This document shows positions 48,703-56,526 of a stretch of 64,000 bases of DNA, one piece after another. The notes beneath the pieces are model-generated. The model worked only from the letters and a program-made list of their open reading frames with translations, did not search any database and was not told where the DNA came from. The stretch covers positions 1,669 to 65,668 of the forward strand of contig JAZQKQ010000035.1 of assembly GCA_045542235.1 (NCBI GenBank), read 5' to 3'. A program made the translations under genes and the position numbers. Numbering within the stretch: position 1 is the first letter of the stretch; each line of letters opens with the position of its first letter. The DNA comes from Christensenellaceae bacterium (GTDB taxonomy: Bacteria > Bacillota > Clostridia > Christensenellales > Borkfalkiaceae).

Positions 48703-48721
48703 GGGCTATAAGTCGATTAAC
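48703..48721 (+). repeat. intergenic motif copy 7 (plus orientation)
   Basis: gggctATAAGTCGATTAAc. Confidence 0.85.
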
Positions 48722-48729
48722 GGCAATTT

Positions 48730-48942
48730 TTAGCCAATAAAAGTAAACCTATCCACCTTTTCCCCGTTAACTTCAACCTGCTCTAAAAACATTTTTAACG
48801 GTCTAACCCAAACCTGTCCGTCGCCGTATAAGGCTTTGTAAACAACCAAATCGTTTAAGTTTTCGCTATCTTTTGCAAGGCAGATAACTTCATATTCATT
48901 TCCTTTAAAGTGCCTATATTTTCCAAGCTTTAATTCTTTCAT
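48730..48942 (-). CDS. DUF1653-like small protein
   Basis: YRHFKGNEYEVI...VVYKALYGDGQVWVRP matches my recollection of the DUF1653 pattern. Confidence 0.65.
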   Translation of the reverse strand: MKELKLGKYRHFKGNEYEVICLAKDSENLNDLVVYKALYGDGQVWVRPLKMFLEQVEVNGEKVDRFTFIG

Positions 48943-49002
48943 TTTTTCACCTGTTTTTCTTTTATTATATAATAAAATAATAATATTTTCAACCCCTTGC
49001 CG

Positions 49003-49031
49003 TTGACACGAAAGCTTTTAAGTGATAAAAT
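49003..49031 (+). promoter_or_regulatory. promoter giving an apparently leaderless exonuclease mRNA
   Basis: TTGACA, 17-nt spacer, AGTGATAAAAT. The -10 ends 6 nt before ATG 49038, and there is no SD. Confidence 0.6.
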
Positions 49032-49037
49032 TGTATT

Positions 49038-49637
49038 ATGATTTTATATTTCGATACGGAAACAACGGGTTTACGCCCCGGAAATATCATTCAATTAAGC
49101 TATATTTTAGACGACGGAAAAACCCAAAAGGGTAAAAATTTTTATTTTAACGCACAAAACGTTGAACCGAGCGCCACCGCCGTTCACGGCTACACGCCAC
49201 AGCTTATTTTACAGCTTTCAAAGGGCAAAGTTTTTAGTGACTACGCAATGGAAATTTACGCCGATTTTTTAAACGCAAAGCTTATTGTTGGGCACAATTG
49301 CAATTTCGACGTTGCCTTTTTAATTAGCGAATTCAAACGCCTAAACCTTCAATTTCGATATAACGAAAGTTTTGATACAATGCGTTTTTTCACTCCCGTT
49401 TTAAAGCTTGAACGGTCTTCTACAAAAATGTATAAATACCCTAAACTTTGCGAACTTTGCGAGTTTTATCAAATTAGCGAAAAGGAAATTTCCGCCCAAG
49501 TAAAACGAATTTTCGGTGGCGACTCTTCTACCCTACACGAAGCTCGTTTCGATACAACGGCAATGTATTTATCCGTTCAAAAAAGCTTAAAAACCCAACC
49601 AAAGCTTTTTGAGCGTTTATCAAATTATTTAAATTAA
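49038..49637 (+). CDS. DEDDh 3'-5' exonuclease (DnaQ/epsilon-like)
   Basis: ExoI YFDTETTG, ExoII GHNCNFDVAFL, ExoIII HEARFDT. Confidence 0.85.
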   Translation: MILYFDTETTGLRPGNIIQLSYILDDGKTQKGKNFYFNAQNVEPSATAVHGYTPQLILQLSKGKVFSDYAMEIYADFLNAKLIVGHNCNFDVAFLISEFKRLNLQFRYNESFDTMRFFTPVLKLERSSTKMYKYPKLCELCEFYQISEKEISAQVKRIFGGDSSTLHEARFDTTAMYLSVQKSLKTQPKLFERLSNYLN

Positions 49638-49689
49638 ACTTGGTTATTAACAGCTTAAATTGAGCTTTTAAATAGTTTAATAACCACAT

Positions 49690-49764
49690 TGGGGTGTCGC
49701 CAAGCGGTAAGGCAACGGACTCTGACTCCGTCACCCGTAGGTTCGAATCCTACCACCCCAGCCA
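49690..49764 (+). tRNA. tRNA-Gln (anticodon CTG)
   Basis: The cloverleaf folds by hand. Acceptor is TGGGGTG/CACCCCA with the U1-A72 pair typical of bacterial tRNA-Gln. Anticodon stem is ACGGA/TCCGT with loop CTCTGAC and CTG at 49722-49724. T arm is GTAGG-TTCGAAT-CCTAC. Discriminator is G, and the CCA end is encoded. Confidence 0.9.
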
Positions 49765-49767
49765 TTT

Positions 49768-49824
49768 GAAAACACCATTGAAATCCGAACCCCTAAAGTT
49801 TGAATGACAATGGTGTTTTCTTTA
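49768..49824 (+). terminator. hairpin and T-run downstream of tRNA-Gln
   Basis: GAAAACACCATTG..CAATGGTGTTTTC with a 27-nt loop. Confidence 0.5.
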
Positions 49825-49952
49825 TAAATCCTTATTTTATGCGGCTTTTCAAGGTCGCATTTTTTATTTTCTAATCGGACTCCAAAACCGAAAAATGAAA
49901 AATACGCATACAATTCAAATCAAATGTTTATTCTCGAACCCCCATAGTCCGA

Positions 49953-51107
49953 TTACTCGTCATCAAGATTTCCTAATATTGCTGAATATTCACGCTCCTT
50001 TTGTTCGGGAGTCTTGTATTGAATCTTGGCGTAAGGGTGGCGTGTGTTGTAAAATTCCATATAATCATAAATCGATTGGAGCAGTTCTCCCTCTGTGCGA
50101 TATTTCTTTCTATACAATTCCTCTCTCTTTAAAGAAGCGAAGAAAGACTCAACAACGAAATTATCATAAGGAACATAAGGGCGTGAAAAAGAACGAGTGA
50201 TACCTAATGCTTTTATGTAATCATTTAGCGTTTTAGAACAGTAGTTAGCCCCTCGGTCGGTATGGAAAATTAAAGAGGATAGCGGCTGCCGATTTTCATA
50301 AGTTTTTTTGAAGGTCGTTTTAATGAGCTGCGTGCTTGTTTTTCTTGCCTACTTTATGAGCAATGACTTTTCGTGCATACAAGTCGATGATAACACAAAT
50401 ATAATACGATTTTCCGTTGCATTTAAAATAGTGACATCACTTACCCATACTTGATTGGGAGCATCAGGATCAAATTCTTGATTCAAATAATTTTTGTGTC
50501 TTTGAATTTCATCAGCATAAAGCTTTTTTGCTTCCTGCCGAATGCTTACAAGTCCAATATCGTTCATTAATTCTCGCACCATTGCCTCGTTTACCTTAAC
50601 ACCTTTGTTTCACAAAACGGCAGTTATTTTTCTGGCACCGAAAATTTGACTGCTTTCATCGAAAACCTCTTGTATTTGCATACGTAAAGCTTCGCGCCGT
50701 TTGGCATACCAAGTATTATCTCTTTTGATACGAAGAATGTGGCTGTAATAAGTTCCTCGAGCAATATCTAATGCATCGCAGATCATATGAATGCTATATT
50801 CACTCGACAACTTTTCGGCTACATAAAGCTTTTGCTGTAAAGGGGAGTTAGGCAAAACGTTCGCCTTTTTGATAATTTCAATAATACCTTCCAACCGTTT
50901 GACTTTGGCTTCAAGCAAGTTGAAGTTTCGCAAAGTTAAGCCTTTTCGTGTTGCTTCCGCTTGCTCTGTTCGATAATCAGATAGCCACTTGTAAAAGGTA
51001 CTTTTTGAAATTCCTATAGATTTGATGATACTTGTAGGCGACTCGGATTTAGATAAATAACGATCCAAAATCGCTTGCTTTTCCTCATTTGTGAATTTTG
51101 ATTTCAT
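49953..51107 (-). mobile_element. IS3-family transposase, pseudogenised
   Basis: OrfA HTH and leucine zipper at 51107-50610. HTH_21 and rve start (PNQVWVSDVT) at 50582-50349. My own translation of 50345-49953 gives HTDRGANY..RPYVPYDNFVVESFFASLKREE..FYNTRHPY, the DDE core. All three fragments share one frame, which is interrupted by an in-frame TGA (50610-50612) and TAG (50349-50351). Element ends were not resolved. Confidence 0.8.
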
Positions 51108-51199
51108 GATATAATCCTCCTTTTGAAAATTATATCATGAAAATATATATGGGCTGATAATTATTATTTGTAAACAAATATTTTTTTACTAAAAAACAC

Positions 51200-51228
51200 T
51201 TGCAAAACAACTTAAAGTATAGTATAAT
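51200..51228 (+). promoter_or_regulatory. promoter of the ATPase/RloB pair
   Basis: TTGCAA, 17-nt spacer, TATAAT. Confidence 0.65.
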
Positions 51229-51319
51229 GATAGTGAGAAAAAATCTCACAAACATGAATAATTAACCGAAGTTTGAGGTATAATAACATAAAACAATCAT
51301 TAAATTGGAGGTAATTGCA

Positions 51320-52537
51320 ATGCTTTGCCAATTCTCAGTTAAAAATTTTCAATGTTTAAAAGAAGAAATTACTTTTGATATGCAAGCAACTAATATAACG
51401 GAATATAATGAAAGTTTAATAGTGGATTCAGATGGAGAAAAATTTTTACCACTTGGAGTAATTTATGGACCAAATGGGTCTGGTAAGTCTACTGTTTTAA
51501 CTGCGATGTATAGCATCTGTAGCAAAATAATGAAACCTATATGCGCGGTTGGATGTGATAATACGGAGTGTGCCAAAAGAAATGGCGGTGCTCTTATAAA
51601 ACCATTTAAATTTTCCAAAGATACAATAAATCAACCGACTGAATTTGAATTATTCTTTAGAACTGAAAAATGTGAATATCAATATATTATATCAATTCTA
51701 AAAGATAAAATAGTTAATGAGGAGTTGTATAAAAAATCTATTTCAAGTAGCTCCTACTCAACTATGTTTACTAGAAAAGGTTCGATTATTGAGTTAAAAA
51801 ATTCTTTCAAAGGGTATAACTGTAGTGGCATATCCGATAATCTCCCCTTGCTTTCATTCTTAGGAATTACACATGGACGAAATGCTACCGTAAAAGATAT
51901 CGTTAATTGGTTAGAAGATAGTATTGATTTCATTAACTATGGTAACCCTGATACTGATTCTCGAATAGGAGTTACAGAATCAAGTAAAATAAAATCGTTA
52001 ATTCTCAAGATGCTAATGGAAATGGATATCGATATATCCGATTATAGAGTGGAAGAAACAGAGGATAATATTAGAGTTTATACCACGCATACTATTGATA
52101 AGAACAGTTATGAATTAGAACTTAGCGAGGAATCTAATGGAACAATAAAGATTTTTGGAATATTACCTCGCATTGCTAGCACTTTGCTTTCCGGAGGAAC
52201 ATTGGTTATTGACGAATTGGATGCAAAGATACACCCTGTTTTGTTAAAGTATATTATTGAACTGTTTAGTAACAAAGAATCTAATCAAAAAGGTGCACAG
52301 TTAATATTCACATCCCATGATCTTTCAACTATGAATAATGATGTATTTAGAAGAGATGAAATATGGTTTATAGCCAAAGGGGAAAACAAAGCAGCTAAAC
52401 TATATTCGCTTGTGGAATTTAAGAATGATGATGGAAAAACAGAAAGAAAGGACGCGAAGTACGATAAACGTTATTTAGAAGGAAAATACGGTGCAGACCC
52501 CTACTTAAGAAGATTTATAGATTGGGGTGAGTATTAA
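51320..52537 (+). CDS. ABC/AAA_21-type ATPase (RloA/AbiLi-like)
   Basis: Walker A GPNGSGKST, Walker B LVIDELDAKIHP, and LIFTSHD. Start at ATG 51320 follows GGAGG. Confidence 0.85.
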   Translation: MLCQFSVKNFQCLKEEITFDMQATNITEYNESLIVDSDGEKFLPLGVIYGPNGSGKSTVLTAMYSICSKIMKPICAVGCDNTECAKRNGGALIKPFKFSKDTINQPTEFELFFRTEKCEYQYIISILKDKIVNEELYKKSISSSSYSTMFTRKGSIIELKNSFKGYNCSGISDNLPLLSFLGITHGRNATVKDIVNWLEDSIDFINYGNPDTDSRIGVTESSKIKSLILKMLMEMDIDISDYRVEETEDNIRVYTTHTIDKNSYELELSEESNGTIKIFGILPRIASTLLSGGTLVIDELDAKIHPVLLKYIIELFSNKESNQKGAQLIFTSHDLSTMNNDVFRRDEIWFIAKGENKAAKLYSLVEFKNDDGKTERKDAKYDKRYLEGKYGADPYLRRFIDWGEY

Positions 52538-53223
52538 TGGCAAGTTCAAAGGATCGAAAAAAGAAAAGACAAATTGACTATTTGAATCCGCTAGAAAGAA
52601 TATATGTGTTTTGTGAAGGAGAGCAAACAGAACCACTGTATTTTAAAGGATTTGAAAAAGCCATAAAAAACAATCCCATATACAAAAATCTTGTTCATAT
52701 ACACATTGAAGGCGTCGGAGCTGAAACCTTGCGTGTTATTTATTATGCAGAAGAGTATGTGAAACAAAATAATATAAAGGGTGCACAAATTTGGTGTGTA
52801 TATGATAAAGATAGTTTTCCCACACAAGACTTTAATGCTGTATCACAAAGAGCCGAAATATTAAACGGACAACAAAACAAAGTTACTTATCATTGCGCAT
52901 GGTCTAATCAGTGTATTGAATATTGGTTTATCTTAAATTTTGCGAATTATACATCAGACAATGATAGGAAAGACTATAGAAAATTCTTACATAAAAAATT
53001 TAAAGAACTGGGATGGACTAGATACGAAAAAAACAATGAAGAATTGTTTGAAATTATGACAGAAAAAGGAGACCCTAAGAAAGCAATTGTGTATGCGCAA
53101 AGGCAGTTAGATGCTTTCAGGGGGAAAACCGATACTCAATCTGTTCCTGCCACCAAGGTTCATTTGTTGGTTCAAGAACTTGCGAAATATCTCCCTGATG
53201 ATATTAAAAGCAAATATATTTAA
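52537..53223 (+). CDS. RloB-like (TOPRIM-like) protein
   Basis: IYVFCEGEQTEPLYF, WCVYDKDSF and AWSNQCIEYWFILNF match the RloB pattern. The start overlaps the ATPase stop as TAATG. Confidence 0.8.
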   Translation: MASSKDRKKKRQIDYLNPLERIYVFCEGEQTEPLYFKGFEKAIKNNPIYKNLVHIHIEGVGAETLRVIYYAEEYVKQNNIKGAQIWCVYDKDSFPTQDFNAVSQRAEILNGQQNKVTYHCAWSNQCIEYWFILNFANYTSDNDRKDYRKFLHKKFKELGWTRYEKNNEELFEIMTEKGDPKKAIVYAQRQLDAFRGKTDTQSVPATKVHLLVQELAKYLPDDIKSKYI

Positions 53224-53290
53224 GGGTATTCGTTAAGTTCAAATCCCATAAGTACTTGCTCAAAAATATCTTTTTCGTAGCCTTTGCACA

Positions 53291-53634
53291 TTAAAAACGG
53301 ACACTTTTTAGTGTCCGTTTTTTATTAGATAAAGGATTCGAACCTACAACTCGCACAAGCGAGCAAATTATATAATTGCCGACTTTTGGTGTTGAAATTC
53401 ATTTCAACGTAGAAATGCAATCGCATTTCCCAAAACGTCTCCGAATCCTACCACCCCAGCCATTAAAAATGGACACTTTTTAGTGTCCGTTTTTTATTAG
53501 ATAAAGGATTCGAACCTACAACTCGCACAAGCAAGAAAGTTATATAATTACCGACTTTTGGTGTTGAAATTTATTTCAACGTAGAAATGCAATCGCATTT
53601 CCCAAAACGTCTCCGAATCCTACCACCCCAGCCA
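53291..53634 (+). repeat. two tandem 172-bp units, each ending in a copy of the tRNA-Gln 3' end
   Basis: Units are 53291-53462 and 53463-53634, about 95% identical by eye. cgaatcctaccaccccagcca at 53442-53462 and 53614-53634 matches tRNA positions 49744-49764. Confidence 0.9.
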
Positions 53635-53666
53635 AAAACACCAAGTCGTTTCGACTTGGTGTTTTT
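53635..53666 (+). terminator. rho-independent terminator after the last tRNA 3'-end copy
   Basis: AAACACCAAGTCG-ttt-CGACTTGGTGTTT followed by a T-run. The stem base AAACACCA/TGGTGTTT is the same as in the hairpin after the intact tRNA. Confidence 0.75.
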
Positions 53667-53684
53667 ATCCATTGCGAAAGCAAT

Positions 53685-53821
53685 GGTATATAATCACTTA
53701 TTAGCGTGTATATCATCACCGAAGGTGTATATCCAGCCGTAGGCTAAATTACTTTCGCAATGATGATATACAAAGCGTTACTTTGATTGTATGCAATTTT
53801 CACAAAATTGACGATATACAC
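53685..53821. repeat. iteron-like 9-mer array (GTGTATATC)
   Basis: Direct copies at 53685 (degenerate), 53706 and 53725. Inverted copies (GATATACAa/c) at 53765 and 53813. There is also CATTGCGAAAG (53670-53680) and its complement CTTTCGCAATG (53752-53762). Confidence 0.6.
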
Positions 53822-53870
53822 CGCCAAGCGGTGATTTGCATTCAAACTCATTTTTTGAAACGCATTAATA

Positions 53871-55425
53871 GTTTTAATTACTTATAGAATAACAAGACTC
53901 TCAAACAACGAATTAGGACAAAGGAAAAGATTGTCAGTTTTAATTACTTATAGAATAACAAGACTCTCAAACTGTTATGTAGTGGAAAGTTTCCAATATC
54001 GTTGTTTTAATTACTTATAGAATAACAAGACTCTCAAACAAATACTTTTTCATTTGGGGCTGGATATTCGTTTTAATTACTTATAGAATAACAAGACTCT
54101 CAAACTTAATGCACGTAAATGGCAACAATTTGACCGTTTTAATTACTTATAGAATAACAAGACTCTCAAACGTATTCTTTCTCGCCGTGTCCGTTCGTGT
54201 GGTTTTAATTACTTATAGAATAACAAGACTCTCAAACTAATTGGGTTAGGAATTTCCGTTGTTGTTTGTTTTAATTACTTATAGAATAACAAGACTCTCA
54301 AACATAAATTTAACGTTAAAAAGGTATTGAAAGGTTTTAATTACTTATAGAATAACAAGACTCTCAAACTCTTATGTGGGGGGCGGTGCGTAATGAGTAG
54401 TTTTAATTACTTATAGAATAACAAGACTCTCAAACAATTGGCTATGCAAAAATTATAACGTTATAGTTTTAATTACTTATAGAATAACAAGACTCTCAAA
54501 CTTATATAACAATTTTTAAAGCGTTAAAAAAGTTTTAATTACTTATAGAATAACAAGACTCTCAAACTAATAGTTTGCACTATTTTTTTTGAAAATGGTT
54601 TTAATTACTTATAGAATAACAAGACTCTCAAACTAAACAACGAGAACGAATGCGTTCACATTCGTTTTAATTACTTATAGAATAACAAGACTCTCAAACA
54701 AAACGATTTAGGGGTCTCTTTTTCAAAAAGTTTTAATTACTTATAGAATAACAAGACTCTCAAACACCTACAACAGGAAGAACGCCGAAAATAAGGTTTT
54801 AATTACTTATAGAATAACAAGACTCTCAAACTAACAGCTATTTTATTTTGTCAAGCATTTTGTTTTAATTACTTATAGAATAACAAGACTCTCAAACATC
54901 ACCGAGCTTTGTTTCGTTACTATTTACGTTTTAATTACTTATAGAATAACAAGACTCTCAAACATTTTTCATTATTAATTCCTCCAATTATGAGTTTTAA
55001 TTACTTATAGAATAACAAGACTCTCAAACGTTAAGCCACCATAAATTAAAGGCGCAAGAGTTTTAATTACTTATAGAATAACAAGACTCTCAAACGCTCG
55101 CTAACGTCATAATCGCTTGTAACGTGTTTTAATTACTTATAGAATAACAAGACTCTCAAACTGTTGGAGCGAAAAATTGATATCCAATATTGTTTTAATT
55201 ACTTATAGAATAACAAGACTCTCAAACAAATGTAGCTCATTTTCTGCATTTCTTCAAGTTTTAATTACTTATAGAATAACAAGACTCTCAAACCATATAG
55301 CTATAACTATAACTAACGTTATAGTTTTAATTACTTATAGAATAACAAGACTCTCAAACTCTGTGCAAATTTCGTGATTATTATCTGCTGTTTTAATTAC
55401 TTATAGAATAACAAGACTCTCAAAC
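53871..55425 (-). CRISPR. type II-A CRISPR array: 24 identical 36-nt repeats and 23 spacers (22 of 30 nt, one of 31 nt)
   Basis: The plus-strand repeat is GTTTTAATTACTTATAGAATAACAAGACTCTCAAAC, with a period of 66 nt. In the cas-operon orientation it reads GTTTGAGAGTCTTGTTATTCTATAAGTAATTAAAAC. The leader side is next to csn2. Confidence 0.97.
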
Positions 55426-55510
55426 CTCAAATTATTGGCGTGAAAGTTTTTGCACTGACAATACAATTATTCTATAAGCAACATTTTTAACGTGTTCTAT
55501 TATCATTTTA

Positions 55511-56209
55511 TCACAAATTATTATAATTTTCAAGCACTTCACATAAATCTTCTGTGATAATAATAGCTTTTTCGTTAGATAACAAGGGGCGAAGCTTTGC
55601 GCTTTCAATTAAAAGAAGCCCAACGTGTTCCGCCTGACAATGAGAATAAATTTGTTGCAATTTTTCGTTAGATAAAACACTTTTTAAGTTAACGAAAACA
55701 AAAAATTCACATTTTTTAAGTTCAATTAAGCAATTAACGTAGCAAACGATTTTTTCTTCTAAACTTTCATATTGAGTTTCAAATTTTACTCCGGCAATTT
55801 TAAAAAAATCGATGGGTTGAGGTTGATTAAACTCAACCGAAAAGGGCAAACAAAAAGAAAGCTCGCTAATAAACTCCATTGTTTTTTCAATTAAGGAATT
55901 AAGCTCTATTAATTTTTCACCCAACGCAACCGATTCTAAATTTTTATGTAAAACGTTTAATAATTTTTTATCGTTTAAATCGAAATTAAACAAATTAGGA
56001 ACCATTGCACCAAATTTTGAAGGATTAATTATTTGTTCGTTTTGAGAAAAAATAAAATCACCTTCGGCCCCCTCAAACCGCTCAACCAAAGTGGAAACCA
56101 CGCTGTAAAATTCGGTTGGATTTTCAATTATTAACAATTGCACGAACTCTTCAGATAAAACCAGTGGAGTTTCTAAGTGAACGTGCGCAATTTTTATTTC
56201 GCCATTCAT
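55511..56209 (-). CDS. csn2: Csn2 (type II-A adaptation protein)
   Basis: 232 aa, the last gene of the cas operon next to the array. Its size and layout match Csn2. Confidence 0.8.
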   Translation of the reverse strand: MNGEIKIAHVHLETPLVLSEEFVQLLIIENPTEFYSVVSTLVERFEGAEGDFIFSQNEQIINPSKFGAMVPNLFNFDLNDKKLLNVLHKNLESVALGEKLIELNSLIEKTMEFISELSFCLPFSVEFNQPQPIDFFKIAGVKFETQYESLEEKIVCYVNCLIELKKCEFFVFVNLKSVLSNEKLQQIYSHCQAEHVGLLLIESAKLRPLLSNEKAIIITEDLCEVLENYNNL

Positions 56210-56526
56210 AACTCAATTAACCTATCAGTGCTTTCAATTACAACCTGTTGTCTTTCGCCTACTAAATATTCAATTTTTGAAAATTGATTTTCCGTTATTT
56301 CCAACATCTCCACAATACCCTCTGAAGGAAGATTTTCTTTAACCCGCTGTTTTATTGCAAGACTTAAAACGTTGTTGATTGCAAGCTTTGTATAAACAGA
56401 TTTTTGCATCATAATAAAACCGTTTTTCAACAAAAATTTGTGAAAACGATTATATTCTCGCCTATCTTTATCGGTTATCATCGGCAAATCGAAAAACAAC
56501 ATTAATCTCATAAATTTATAATTCAT
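56206..56526 (-). CDS. cas2: Cas2
   Basis: 106 aa with MRLMLFFDLP and a ferredoxin-like fold pattern. It overlaps both cas1 and csn2. Confidence 0.9.
   Translation of the reverse strand: MNYKFMRLMLFFDLPMITDKDRREYNRFHKFLLKNGFIMMQKSVYTKLAINNVLSLAIKQRVKENLPSEGIVEMLEITENQFSKIEYLVGERQQVVIESTDRLIEL

Noticed and set aside
49872-49955. 10-nt inverted repeat TAATCGGACT / AGTCCGATTA as the IS3 terminal inverted repeats, or as a ninth copy of the ATAAGTCGATTAA motif.
   Set aside because: Both arms lie at the same (3') end of the transposase gene, so they cannot be the two IS ends. Similarity to the intergenic motif requires three indels.
49731-50200. ORFs 49731-49913 (minus) and 49895-50200 (plus).
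   Set aside because: The first overlaps the tRNA-Gln gene. The second is antisense to the DDE core of the IS3 transposase. Neither has start signals.
53291-53462. A minus-strand tRNA gene inside the 172-bp unit, suggested by GTAGGTTCGAATCC on the reverse strand.
   Set aside because: The 3' half of the T stem does not pair (CCTTT rather than CCTAC). No acceptor or anticodon arms can be drawn, so it is a fragment.
55177-55377. 66-aa ORF (…LITYRITRLSN… repeated) in the six-frame track.
   Set aside because: It lies entirely within the CRISPR array. Its periodic peptide is just the translated 36-nt repeat.
53871-55425. Self-targeting spacers against this window.
   Set aside because: Visual comparison of the 23 spacers with the rest of the 64 kb found no convincing match. 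The comparison was not exhaustive and needs a computational search.
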